Below are positions 8,966-18,687 of a DNA stretch of 64,000 bases, one piece after another. The position numbers were made by a program, and so were the translations under genes. The notes beneath the pieces are model-generated. The model did not search any database and had not been told where the DNA came from. It worked only from the letters and a program-made list of their open reading frames with translations. Origin of the DNA: Minisyncoccota bacterium (lineage in GTDB: Bacteria > Patescibacteriota > Minisyncoccia > Phycocordibacterales > Phycocordibacteraceae). The DNA is taken from assembly GCA_041666305.1 (NCBI GenBank), contig JBAYHD010000004.1, positions 3,946 to 67,945 of the forward strand, written 5' to 3'. Numbering within the stretch: the stretch's first letter is position 1; the number at the start of each line of letters is the position of its first letter.

Positions 8966-11485
8966 TTATTCTTCGACGACTGACCAGCCTTCGGCGAGGA
9001 ACGATTCTGCTTTTTTGAATTTGAGTTCTTTTGTTTCGTCGCCTTTCTTTATAGTGACGAGGTCATTGCGGCCGTGGTGAGCCGCATTTTTAATCGGAAC
9101 GGAAACGGCGCCCTCCTCCTTCCCCGCCGCAACGAGCATCGCGCGCGTCTTTGCTTCTTCCGCGCGGATGCGCGCATCGTCCGCATTTTGGAGACGCGGA
9201 AGCGCTTCTGCAACCGCGGCGCGAATGTTCTCTTCCAATTGGCGGAAGCGCTGAAGTCCTTCGCGGCGATATTCGATAAGCGGGTCCCGCTGGCCGTAGG
9301 CGCGGAGCGATACCGAGCGGCGCAAATAGTCCATCGTTTCCAGATGCTCCAGCCAGAACGTATCAATCACTTGCAGAAGGAGCCGGCGCAAGTGCGGGAC
9401 GAACGCATCGCCGAACTCTGTTTTCTTCGCGTCAAACGCGACAGCGGCCGCTTCCCCATCGCCCAGAAGAGCGCGTATGAGTGCTTCGACCTCCTCGTCG
9501 GTGCCAGAAAGTGCGGCGCGGCGGCGCGCATAGATGGCAAGGCGCTGCGTGTTCATCACGTCGTCGTAGGCGAGCACTTGCTTGCGCGAGTCGAAATTGA
9601 ACCCTTCAATACGGCCTTGCGCGGTTTCGAGCGAGCGTGTGATCATGCCGCTCTCGATGGGCTCGTCTTCCGGTATGCCGAACTTCCCCATCACTTTCTT
9701 CAACGTTTCCGATGCGAACACGCGCATGAGCTTGTCTTCCAGAGAAACGAAGAATCTCGTCTCGCCGGGGTCGCCCTGACGACCGGAGCGGCCGCGGAGC
9801 TGATTGTCGATGCGGCGCGCGTCGTGGCGCTCGGTGCCCACCACCATGAGCCCGCCTTTTTCCAAAACCGATGCGCGCTGCTGCGGAGTGGCGAGCGCGC
9901 CGCCGAGCTTGATGTCCACGCCGCGACCTGCGAGGTTCGTTGCGACGGTCACCCTTCCCTCTTTCCCCGCTTCCGCGATTATCTCGCCTTCGCGCTCGTG
10001 GTTCTTCGCGTTCAACACTTCGTGCGGAACGCCCGCATCACTTAAAAAGGTGCTCACCGTTTCGTTGTCTTCAATGGACACCGTGCCCACCAATACCGGC
10101 TGTCCTTTTTCATGCCGTTCTTTCACCGCGCGCGCAACCGCACGGTATTTTCCTGCGGCGGTCTGGAAAATAAGGTCGTCGAAGTCTTTACGCGCCGAGG
10201 GCTTGTTGGTCGGCACGACGACGACTTCCAGACCATACACCGTATAAAATTCTTCTTCGGAAGAAAGCGCAGTGCCGGTCATGCCGGAAAGTCCGCCGTA
10301 CATTCTGAACAGATTTTGGAACGTCACGGTCGCATAGGTGCGCGTTTCTTCTTGAATTTTTACTCCCTCCTTCGCCTCTATCGCTTGGTGGAGCCCTTCC
10401 GACCAGCGGCGCCCAGGCTGGAGCCGTCCAGTGAATTCATCCACGATGACGATTTCATTGTCGCGAACCACGTACTCCTTATCTTGCTGGAAGAGCGCCT
10501 TCGCCCGTACTGCCGTCTCCAAATGATGCGCGTACTTCACGCCGCCTTCGGTGTAGAGATTCTCGAGCCCGAGTGCCGCCTCGGCTTTATGCATTCCTTC
10601 CTCGGTAATTTGAATCGCCTTCTGCTTCTCGTCGATCGTGTAGTCCTCTCCTTCCTTCAAATCGCGCACGATGCCGGCGAAGCGCTCGTAGAGATTTTGC
10701 GAATCGCCCGCAGGTCCGCTGATGATGAGCGGCGTGCGCGCTTCATCGATTAAAATAGAGTCCACTTCATCGATGATGGCGAAGTGATACCCGCGCTGTA
10801 CGATCTGCGAAGCATCATAGGCGGTGTTGTCGCGCAGATAATCGAACCCGAGCTCATTGTTGGTCACATAGGTGACATCGCACGCATAGGCACTCCGTTT
10901 TTCCACGGGCCGCAAGTAGTCGTAAAAGACTTTGAACGAACCGGCGACGTCGCGCTCGACATCTTCTTTCTTTTCCACGTGCGATTGGTCGTATTGATAG
11001 GTGCCAGCGGACGTCACGACGCCGACGGTGAGGCCGAGATAGTGATACACCTGTCCCATCCACGCCGCATCGCGACGTGCGAGATAATCGTTCACGGTCA
11101 CCACTTGTACCCCTTTACCAGCGAGCGCGTGAAAGGTTGCCGGAAGCGTGGCAACGAGCGTCTTGCCTTCACCGGTACGCATCTCGGAAATCTTGCCGCG
11201 CAGAAGCGCAAGTCCGCCGATGAGCTGAACATCGAAATGCGGCTGATGGAGCGTCCGACGCGACGCCTCGCGCACGAGTGCAAATACTTCGGGCAGGTCA
11301 GTTTCCGGTGTGGCGCCGGCTGCTGTGGCGCGCGTGCGGATCTCCCCAATCCGCGTGCGGAGCGCTTCGTCAGAATGACCTTTGAGCTCTTCCGAGGCTT
11401 TGTTTACCGCCGCCACAATCGGTGCCGCGGCCTTGAGGAAGGCCGCGGATTGGTTCGAAGAAAAGAAACGAGAGAGGCCGAGCAT
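8966..11485 (-). CDS. secA: Preprotein translocase ATPase SecA
   Basis: MRTGEGKTL, VTVNDYLARRD, DEVDSILIDEARTPLIISG, QLRGRSGRQGDPG; start moved to ATG 11485. Confidence 0.98.
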   Translation of the reverse strand: MLGLSRFFSSNQSAAFLKAAAPIVAAVNKASEELKGHSDEALRTRIGEIRTRATAAGATPETDLPEVFALVREASRRTLHQPHFDVQLIGGLALLRGKISEMRTGEGKTLVATLPATFHALAGKGVQVVTVNDYLARRDAAWMGQVYHYLGLTVGVVTSAGTYQYDQSHVEKKEDVERDVAGSFKVFYDYLRPVEKRSAYACDVTYVTNNELGFDYLRDNTAYDASQIVQRGYHFAIIDEVDSILIDEARTPLIISGPAGDSQNLYERFAGIVRDLKEGEDYTIDEKQKAIQITEEGMHKAEAALGLENLYTEGGVKYAHHLETAVRAKALFQQDKEYVVRDNEIVIVDEFTGRLQPGRRWSEGLHQAIEAKEGVKIQEETRTYATVTFQNLFRMYGGLSGMTGTALSSEEEFYTVYGLEVVVVPTNKPSARKDFDDLIFQTAAGKYRAVARAVKERHEKGQPVLVGTVSIEDNETVSTFLSDAGVPHEVLNAKNHEREGEIIAEAGKEGRVTVATNLAGRGVDIKLGGALATPQQRASVLEKGGLMVVGTERHDARRIDNQLRGRSGRQGDPGETRFFVSLEDKLMRVFASETLKKVMGKFGIPEDEPIESGMITRSLETAQGRIEGFNFDSRKQVLAYDDVMNTQRLAIYARRRAALSGTDEEVEALIRALLGDGEAAAVAFDAKKTEFGDAFVPHLRRLLLQVIDTFWLEHLETMDYLRRSVSLRAYGQRDPLIEYRREGLQRFRQLEENIRAAVAEALPRLQNADDARIRAEEAKTRAMLVAAGKEEGAVSVPIKNAAHHGRNDLVTIKKGDETKELKFKKAESFLAEGWSVVEE

Positions 11486-11595
11486 TGACAGGCAGTATAC
11501 CCCGTAGTAGATTTCGGCGAAAGACCTTGCGTCCGCGTCTGCGCATTGCCGAAATTCACTACAGGGTATAGCAAAATTTGAAATCCGAAGCACGC

Positions 11596-11633
11596 GAAAA
11601 GAAAAATCCCGCCGAAGCGGGATCTTTCTTTTC
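11596..11633. terminator. Intrinsic terminator (bidirectional-looking) after the small basic peptide gene
   Basis: GAAAAGAAAAATCCCGC-CGAA-GCGGGATCTTTCTTTTC hairpin with A/T tails. Confidence 0.7.
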
Positions 11634-11658
11634 CTGACTGCCGTCAGGCGGTACAAAA

Positions 11659-11727
11659 CTAGCCGCGGCGCTTTGCTGCCTTGCGCTTCTTTGTTGCCTT
11701 CTTTGCGGCCTTTCGCTTTTTTGCCAT
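11659..11727 (-). CDS. 22-aa Lys/Arg/Ala-rich basic peptide
   Basis: ATG at 11727 to TAG at 11659 gives MAKKRKAAKKATKKRKAAKRRG; has its own upstream intergenic region and a downstream terminator; below the ORF-track cutoff. Confidence 0.65.
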   Translation of the reverse strand: MAKKRKAAKKATKKRKAAKRRG

Positions 11728-11890
11728 GGTGGTTGCGATTATGGATTGAGACTTATAAGTCGACCCGTCCGCGCGCGAGAAATTTCTTTTGCGCAAACGT
11801 TTCTGAATGTAATTATCGCGCGTAAAAAAGATTTGTGTAAGAAAAAAATACGAAGTGTGGATAACTTTCGCAAAATAATTTTCGCGAAAA

Positions 11891-12985
11891 TTATTTTGCT
11901 TTTTCTACGGCACCGATATATTCCACTTCGCGTTCAAGACGGATGCCAAACAGGTCCTCGACCGCCTTTTGCATATCAGAAGCAAGCCGTGCGATATCTT
12001 CCGCACGCGCGTTGCCGACATTGATGATGGAAAGCGTATGCCGCGGCGAAATGCCCGCTCCGCCATGCACATATCCTTTATGGAATTCGGTGTATTCGAG
12101 GAGAAATCCGGGAGCTATTTTGTATGAACCGTCCGGCTGTTCCCATGCCCACGGACGTAAGTGTTCCGCCTTTTCCGCATCAAGGGCGCGAGCACTCGTC
12201 TCGATCTGAGCATATCGTGCAGGAGAAACGAACGGCATATGGAAAAAAGAACCCGCGCTCTTGTAGCAATGGCGACCTTCCATGATGAGCGAACCTTTCT
12301 CTTCGCGCATGGTGAGTACCGCAGCGCGAACATCGGTTTGCGTAGGCGTGTGACCGAGCTTTTCGGCAAGCGTGGCCATATCAAAACGATTATCCCGATA
12401 TGAAAGCTGCGCCGAGGGATCACGCGAGAGCGCGAACGTGGCGCCGACGACGATGTATCGTCCGCTCGCGTGGCCAAACATGCTGTCGTGGTATGAAAAA
12501 TCGCACTGTTCTTTTTCAATAACTTTCAATCCATGATTTTGATCGTGCGTGTCCACCACTTCCGCGTGCACAAATGTATCACTCGCCTGCGCGCCGTACG
12601 CACCGAGATTTGCGACCACCGCTCCGCCGACCGTGCCCGGCACGCCGGAAAGACATTCCAGACCGCTGAGGCCGTGCTGGATTGTCCACACCACGAAGTC
12701 ATCCCACACGACGCCGGAACCGACCGTCACCCACGTTCGATCATCGTGTTCGGCAAGGGTGATGCCTGGTATGCGCATGGAGAGTACCAATCCGTCAAAG
12801 CCGTCGTCGGCAATGACAATGTTTGAGCCGCCGCCGAGCACGAACACCGGGAGTGCGTGCGTGCGTGCAAAATCGAGTGCTTCTTTCACTTCGTCTACCG
12901 ATTGCGGAGCGACAAAAAATCGCGCCTTCCCTCCCACGCCGAGAGTGGTGAGTGGCGCGAGTGGGACGTGTTCCTGGGGAGTCAT
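11891..12985 (-). CDS. murB: UDP-N-acetylmuramate dehydrogenase
   Basis: TTLGVGGKA, LGGGSNIV, GLECLSGVPGTVGGA, SAGSFF, FGIRLEREV. Confidence 0.95.
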   Translation of the reverse strand: MTPQEHVPLAPLTTLGVGGKARFFVAPQSVDEVKEALDFARTHALPVFVLGGGSNIVIADDGFDGLVLSMRIPGITLAEHDDRTWVTVGSGVVWDDFVVWTIQHGLSGLECLSGVPGTVGGAVVANLGAYGAQASDTFVHAEVVDTHDQNHGLKVIEKEQCDFSYHDSMFGHASGRYIVVGATFALSRDPSAQLSYRDNRFDMATLAEKLGHTPTQTDVRAAVLTMREEKGSLIMEGRHCYKSAGSFFHMPFVSPARYAQIETSARALDAEKAEHLRPWAWEQPDGSYKIAPGFLLEYTEFHKGYVHGGAGISPRHTLSIINVGNARAEDIARLASDMQKAVEDLFGIRLEREVEYIGAVEKAK

Positions 12986-15147
12986 TGCCCTTGAATCTGT
13001 TTTATCGCGGAGGCACCGGCAGACGCCGCATCAGGGAAGAGTTTTACCGCTGTGTTGATTGCGGCAATGGCATTTGCTCTATCGCCTGATGCATAGTAAG
13101 CGGCCGCGAGAGAAAACCATGATTGGACGGTGGCGCCGGATGCTGCAGTGCGCATCTTCCACAGACGTATGAGACGCGGCCAATTCTTCGCGCGATAATA
13201 CGCGGCCGCGAGGATGTTGCTGTCTACGTCCGTTGTACCGAGGGCCGCTTCCAATATTTTGTCTGCCGTAGCGAAATCACCGATAGCAATATTGCCGGCG
13301 GCTGCATATATGGCGAGGTCAGTGAACTGCGGGCCGAGCTCATATGCCGTACTAAAATCCGTTTGCGCCGCTTTCACATTGCCCATGTCCCACTCGGTCG
13401 CCCCCATTTCAATCCATATTGCCTCTTTCCTCGGCGAAAGAAGCGATGCCGCTTGAATCTCTTTGAGCGCACTGGCGCCGTCGCCCGCCGCACGATACAC
13501 ATACGACAGTTGCAGATGTTCGCGCGCATCAAGAGGATAGGAGGCAATCTGTTTTTGCATTTCAGCCACCGCAAGCGAGACTGCCTGTTGTTTTTCCGTA
13601 TCGGTTGCCTGGGAGCTCTGCGCGATCGCTGCTGCAAAAGAGACCAACTGCTCGCGCACCTCCTGCGCCGCAAAAGCCGGATGCGCGGCAAGGTCTTGGA
13701 ACGTGGCGATGTTTCCCGAAATGCCGGACGAGGAAGACGAGAGCGCTGTAATGAGTTTGGTCGCCGTTTGTATCCCGGGCACATTGACGAACCAAATGAG
13801 CACGCCCGCAACCGCCGCCGCGATCGGAAGCGCGTACGTCATGCCGTCGGCAGGAGTAAGTTCGGGGGCCGCTTCAAGTTTGGCGAGGGGCCGCGCCACT
13901 TGCGAATCGATGAGTGCGAGAAGTGCGAAGAAATAAACGTAAGAATAGAGATTATCGAAAACGAACAGATTGTGAACGGCATACCCGACGAACGCGGCGG
14001 TGAGCGCTATGCGTTCGGGTCGCGAAAGCTCCGAACGCCTCCAGAGCAACATGATGGCCGTACCAAAGAGCGCCAGGTACAAGAGAAATGCCGGGAAGCC
14101 TCCTGCAGTAAGCCAGTCGAGGAATGCGTTGTGCGCTCGGTCGAACCACGGTTCCTGAGCATAGAGCGCCGGGTCGTAGTATTTGTTGAAAATATAGTTG
14201 AATCCTTCCTGCCCCCAGCCGGTGAGCGGGCGTTCAAGCACTCCTTGAAACGCCATGTTCCAGATGATGAAGCGTGTCTGACCGTCGGAAAGCGAAATGG
14301 TGGCGACGCGCTGCAAAATGTGATTTTGCTGGACGAATGCAGAATTGCGCGCGAGATAAAAACCGCCCACTAGAACGAGAATGAGCACGAATCCGCCCGC
14401 CGCCAACCGGCGAGCGTGCTTCCCCGCGGTAAGCGCGGTGAGAAACGCCGCAAGCGCGAGGGCGAGCACAAGTCCTATGATAGTACCGCGTGTCTCGGTG
14501 AAAAAAATGAGCACCGTTTCCAACACCGCGAGTGCGATGAGTGACCACTTGAGCCAAGAGAGTTTTTCGGTAAGTGCAAGCCAGAGCGCGGTGAATATGC
14601 TGAAAAGGAAATAGATAGCTAGATAGGCGGAATTGCCGAGTGTTGCGTCAATGCGTGTAGAGCCCTGGTGTATCGCGAGTGTGCCGTTAAGCTGGAGAAG
14701 CGCGTACCCAGAGATGATGAGTGAGACAACGAGCGACCAGAGGAACCACGCGCGCCACTTTTTTCCCGCTTGCAGTACGGCGCCGGCGGCAAAGAAAAAT
14801 CCGAGCAGATGAATGAGCATCACCCAGCCCTCCATGCGCTCAAAGTTGCTCCAAAATGCTTTTGCGGAATTGATTGCGAACGCGTCCGCGATAAACATCC
14901 ACACAACAAAAGCGACGGCTGCCACGCCTATTGCCGAGACGCGCGGACGGTATTCTTTGTCGAGGAGTGCAAGCACTACCCACGCTGCGACCGTTATCTC
15001 AACAAGGATGCGAAAGTAGAATGCTTTGCCGGTGATGAACGGGAAGAAATACCCGTCCGCGACAACGAGCGGCATAAGCGGAATGAGAAACAGCGCTCCG
15101 AGCGCCACCCAGCGTGCGATCTGCTTTACGGTACTGTCTCCCTGCAT
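12982..15147 (-). CDS. O-antigen ligase/Wzy_C-family membrane protein with C-terminal TPR-like region (possible O-oligosaccharyltransferase)
   Basis: Multiple TMs, TLGNSAYLA, RFIIW...RPLTGWGQEGF, FDRAHNAFLD; helical-repeat C-terminus. Confidence 0.85.
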   Translation of the reverse strand: MQGDSTVKQIARWVALGALFLIPLMPLVVADGYFFPFITGKAFYFRILVEITVAAWVVLALLDKEYRPRVSAIGVAAVAFVVWMFIADAFAINSAKAFWSNFERMEGWVMLIHLLGFFFAAGAVLQAGKKWRAWFLWSLVVSLIISGYALLQLNGTLAIHQGSTRIDATLGNSAYLAIYFLFSIFTALWLALTEKLSWLKWSLIALAVLETVLIFFTETRGTIIGLVLALALAAFLTALTAGKHARRLAAGGFVLILVLVGGFYLARNSAFVQQNHILQRVATISLSDGQTRFIIWNMAFQGVLERPLTGWGQEGFNYIFNKYYDPALYAQEPWFDRAHNAFLDWLTAGGFPAFLLYLALFGTAIMLLWRRSELSRPERIALTAAFVGYAVHNLFVFDNLYSYVYFFALLALIDSQVARPLAKLEAAPELTPADGMTYALPIAAAVAGVLIWFVNVPGIQTATKLITALSSSSSGISGNIATFQDLAAHPAFAAQEVREQLVSFAAAIAQSSQATDTEKQQAVSLAVAEMQKQIASYPLDAREHLQLSYVYRAAGDGASALKEIQAASLLSPRKEAIWIEMGATEWDMGNVKAAQTDFSTAYELGPQFTDLAIYAAAGNIAIGDFATADKILEAALGTTDVDSNILAAAYYRAKNWPRLIRLWKMRTAASGATVQSWFSLAAAYYASGDRANAIAAINTAVKLFPDAASAGASAIKQIQGQ

Positions 15148-15195
15148 GATTGGACAATCATACCACATGCCCTAAAGCTCTTCCTTTTGACACCT

Positions 15196-15226
15196 CCCAT
15201 GTAGGACCTCCGAGGTCCTACATGGG
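15196..15226. repeat. REP-like palindrome copy 1 (promoter of HUH transposase)
   Basis: CCCATGTAGGACCTC-C-GAGGTCCTACATGGG, located between TTGACA (15187-15192) and TATACT (15228-15233). Confidence 0.9.
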
Positions 15227-15239
15227 TTATACTTGCTGA

Positions 15240-15914
15240 ATGGAGTTGTATCACGTGCTTAATCGAGGAGTTGATGGACGCAAACTATTTCTCGACTCGC
15301 AAGATTATGTGCGCTTTATACATAATTTGTTCGAATTCAATGATTCTGCTCCGTCAGTAGGATCTGCTCGCCGAGACATATGCGACACGAATGTAGGACC
15401 TCGGAGGTCCTACATTCGGAAACGACTGGTTGAGATCCATGGTTGGGTTCTCATGAAGGACCACTACCATTTAATCATCTCAGAACTTATTGAGGGCGGG
15501 TTGCTAAAATTCATGATGAAAGTAAATGTCGGCTACGCAAAATATTATAATGAACGATATACACGACACGGTCATCTCTTCCAAGGGAAGACGAAGAAAA
15601 TTCGCATCGAGCGTGCAGCGCATTTCTTATACATACTCCATTATGTGCACCTCAATCCTCTCGATTATTTGAGGGGAGCAGCCACATGGCGCGAGCGTGA
15701 TAAAAATACCATCAAAAACACACGCGAGGCATTGAAATATTTGGATGAATACCGTTGGAGCAGTTATCTCGATTATTGCAGCAAAAAGAATTTCCCTTCC
15801 ATCCTCACCAAGAGAATATTCGGAAATGTGTTTGGTAATTATCAGGAAGTGATCAAAGACTATTTGAAGAATGTTGAGGAATCGCCGATTGGTGACTCCA
15901 CCATTCTTGAATAG
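15240..15914 (+). mobile_element. HUH Y1 transposase, REP-associated tyrosine transposase (RAYT, IS200-like)
   Basis: YHVLNRG, VLMKDHYHL (HUH), GHLFQG, YVHLNP, YRWSSY motifs; associated with three copies of a palindrome. Confidence 0.9.
15388..15418. repeat. REP-like palindrome copy 2, inside the transposase coding sequence
   Basis: CGAATGTAGGACCTC-G-GAGGTCCTACATTCG, read in frame as ...NVGPRRSYI... Confidence 0.9.
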
Positions 15915-15927
15915 CAGTGTGATATTG

Positions 15928-15952
15928 ATGTAGGACCTCGGAGGTCCTACAT
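15928..15952. repeat. REP-like palindrome copy 3, downstream of transposase
   Basis: ATGTAGGACCTC-G-GAGGTCCTACAT, 13 nt after the stop codon. Confidence 0.9.
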
Positions 15953-15963
15953 ATAGATACATA

Positions 15964-15994
15964 CAAAACGCCCCGCGAAAAGCGGGGCATTTTG
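15964..15994. terminator. Bidirectional intrinsic terminator
   Basis: CAAAACGCCCCGC-GAAAA-GCGGGGCATTTTG between convergent genes. Confidence 0.7.
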
Positions 15995-16026
15995 CGTTCA
16001 TATTTTTATTTCTCTAAGGCCTGGTT

Positions 16027-16857
16027 TTAAAACCGCCAGATGAAGAGTCCCCACATCTTCTGTTCTCTCTGTGCGAGGTCTTGAAGACGCGCCTGAGCAT
16101 CTTCCAATGCTTCTATTTGCGCCTTGAGGACCACCTGAATGTCTGCCGACACACTGGCTTCAACGAGAAGCTTGTTGAGGTCGGTGATGCGCTGTTGGTT
16201 TTGTGCGACTGCTTGCGAGATAACATTCGCCGCCGCACTATCGCCACCGAAGAAGAGTCGCGCAAGGAAACTGCGCGACTGTATCTTCGCTTCAGCCTTT
16301 GTCGTCGTTGCGACCGAATCATTCATCTCTTTCGCAATTTCCGATACTTTCGGACCGATGTCGCCGATGAGATCTTTGGAAGCGAGAAGCGCGTGCACTG
16401 CAAGGCGTACCTCGTTCGCATTTTTTACGATACCCCTATTCTGTTCTGTCGTGCTCGCCTCTTCATCCTCGAGTTCGAGTTTGCGATTCTCAATCTTCTG
16501 ATTCAGATCATCGAGCGAGAACGCGGTATCTTTATCGTCTTCGAGTTCGAACTCAAATTCGTCTTGATCATTTTGGTCATCGTTTATCGATTCATTATCA
16601 TCCCCGCTCTTCGAGCTGGTCGCTTGATTGTCGTTCCTGCGGTTCGAACTGGTCGCCTCATCGTCATCGTCATTGACTCGCGCGCTTCCGGTCACCGATG
16701 TGTCCACATCATCAGAGACGCGGACTTGCGTAACGGCGGTTATTTGTGTATCCGCACTTCCCTCGCCATCGTTGTTTTCGGCGGCCGCAATAGCCGGGAG
16801 TCCACTCATGGCGATCGCAAGTGCGAATGCCCCGCTCGTAAAGAGATATTTTTTCAT
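16027..16857 (-). CDS. Secreted hypothetical protein with acidic low-complexity linker and coiled-coil C-terminus
   Basis: Signal peptide MKKYLFTSGAFALAIAMSGLPAIAAA; D/E/N-rich middle; helical C-terminus ending WGLFIWRF. Confidence 0.75.
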   Translation of the reverse strand: MKKYLFTSGAFALAIAMSGLPAIAAAENNDGEGSADTQITAVTQVRVSDDVDTSVTGSARVNDDDDEATSSNRRNDNQATSSKSGDDNESINDDQNDQDEFEFELEDDKDTAFSLDDLNQKIENRKLELEDEEASTTEQNRGIVKNANEVRLAVHALLASKDLIGDIGPKVSEIAKEMNDSVATTTKAEAKIQSRSFLARLFFGGDSAAANVISQAVAQNQQRITDLNKLLVEASVSADIQVVLKAQIEALEDAQARLQDLAQREQKMWGLFIWRF

Positions 16858-16926
16858 GCGGATTGATTATTGGTTAATTGCTACCTCCCGCAAGTATACC
16901 CCACGTCGAGCACAGAACACTTCGCG

Positions 16927-18687
16927 CTATGTTCTCTGCATTTTATAGAAATAGGAATCGTGGTTTTTGAGCAATTCCTCGGGCGTTCCGCGCTCCACGA
17001 TATGCCCGTGGCTAAGGACGAGAATGCTATCGGCTTCAGCGACCGTGGAGGGGCGGTGCGCGATGATAAGCACCGTCACTTTGCCGTGCAGTGCGCGAAT
17101 GGACTCGTGGATAAGCTTTTCCGACTCATGATCGAGCGCACTCGTCGCTTCATCAAGGATAAGGAGCGCGGGTCGGCTCACGAGCGCACGGGCAAGCGCA
17201 ATGCGCTGGCGCTGACCGCCTGAAAGCATGACGCCGCGGTCGCCCGTTATCGTTTGGAATCCTTCGGGCAATCCCATGATGAAATCGTAAATGTTCGCCT
17301 GCTTCGCAGCAGTCTCTATATCCCTTTCGGTCACCGTGTGATCATAAAACCGGATATTGTCCTCGATAGTGCTGTTGAGCAAGAACACGTCTTGCGACAC
17401 ATAGCCAATGTTCTTGCGCCAGACATCGAGAGCGATATGGGTGCTTGGCACGTCATCCAAAAAAAGCACTCCTTCGTTCGGCTTGAAGAGCCGGAGAAGA
17501 AGATCGGCGACCGACGTCTTTCCCGCGCCCGACGGCCCGACGAGCCCGACGGTTTCTCCCGCTCGTATGGAGAAATCAACGTTGTCAAGAATCGGTTTAC
17601 CCTCGTTGTACGAAAACGACACTCCTTTGAATGCAAGCTCCTTTTTGAAGACAAAGGGAGCGATACCCTCGGATGATTCCTTGTGCAGGTTAAGATTGTG
17701 CTTGAAGGCGGCGATATTCCGCGCGTAGGGCAAGAGTTCGTTCACTCCTTGAAGTGCGGCCTGGCCGGATTCAAGATAGGTGAATATTTTTTGTATCAAA
17801 TACAGCGACGCCGCAAATGAAATGATACTGAACTCCGGCGTGCGATACGTCAACAGGAAAAGCACGACCACGAGTACGATGCTCGCCGGCTGGAAAAAAC
17901 TGGAACTAACGGTGCGTACGAGTGCTTGTCGTATCGAAAGAGAACGCAATAAACGGATATGCGCGGTGCCGTCCGCAATAGCAGCACGCTCCACGCCCGC
18001 GGCTTTAACGGATTTCATGCCGATGATGTGCTCGCTCAAAAATTGCGCGAACTGTTTTTCCACCCCTGCCGCCTGGGTTCCGATGCGCCGAGCGCGACGG
18101 AGAAACGGCCGCAAAAAGAACACCAGGATAATTCCGCCGCCTAGCGCATAGAACGTCATGGTCGGTGAGATGTTGACGGCCACGAGAAGATACATGAGGA
18201 ATCCACTGAACGATTGGACGATCTGAGCGATCGAACCGAGAAGTCCGCCGGTTTGCTGAATATCTCGCACCAAGGTGTTATGCATCGTCCCTATTTTCTG
18301 TTTCAAAGTAAATGCCCATGACGAAAGGAGCGTCCGGCGGAGTACGTCCTCGCTTTCTTTGCCGAGAAAGTCCGCGCTTATCCAACCGCGAATGTATCCG
18401 AACACGATGACGGAGATCGCACGCAGAATGAATAGACAGAGAATGAAGCCGAGCAGATAGCGAAATTTGAACGGTAGGGAGAAAAAGCTGAAAAGCTCCT
18501 GAATGGTTTTCGTGATGAAATCCGTTGCCGCGCCGCCTCCGCCGTTGAAGAACGACATCAATGGGATGACCGCATTGATACCAATGCCTTCCAAAAGCGC
18601 GCTCAGGAAGCCAAAGACGGCGAGCGCCACGACATGCCAGCGATATCTACCGAACGCCCGCCAGAGCGTTATGAAAGCGTCTTTCAT
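16927..18687 (-). CDS. ABC transporter fused permease/ATPase (MsbA/PglK-like glycan flippase)
   Basis: N-terminal TMs, GPSGAGKT, LSGGQRQRIALARA, ILDEATSALD; located at the end of a glycan operon. Confidence 0.9.
   Translation of the reverse strand: MKDAFITLWRAFGRYRWHVVALAVFGFLSALLEGIGINAVIPLMSFFNGGGGAATDFITKTIQELFSFFSLPFKFRYLLGFILCLFILRAISVIVFGYIRGWISADFLGKESEDVLRRTLLSSWAFTLKQKIGTMHNTLVRDIQQTGGLLGSIAQIVQSFSGFLMYLLVAVNISPTMTFYALGGGIILVFFLRPFLRRARRIGTQAAGVEKQFAQFLSEHIIGMKSVKAAGVERAAIADGTAHIRLLRSLSIRQALVRTVSSSFFQPASIVLVVVLFLLTYRTPEFSIISFAASLYLIQKIFTYLESGQAALQGVNELLPYARNIAAFKHNLNLHKESSEGIAPFVFKKELAFKGVSFSYNEGKPILDNVDFSIRAGETVGLVGPSGAGKTSVADLLLRLFKPNEGVLFLDDVPSTHIALDVWRKNIGYVSQDVFLLNSTIEDNIRFYDHTVTERDIETAAKQANIYDFIMGLPEGFQTITGDRGVMLSGGQRQRIALARALVSRPALLILDEATSALDHESEKLIHESIRALHGKVTVLIIAHRPSTVAEADSILVLSHGHIVERGTPEELLKNHDSYFYKMQRT

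Noticed and set aside
11856-11864. Replication origin suggested by a DnaA box
   Set aside because: Single box, with no cluster and no dnaA/dnaN nearby.
9074-14373. Long + strand ORFs 9074-10045, 10784-11488 and 13123-14373
   Set aside because: Antisense to secA and the ligase gene; no recognisable motifs; expected in GC-rich coding DNA.
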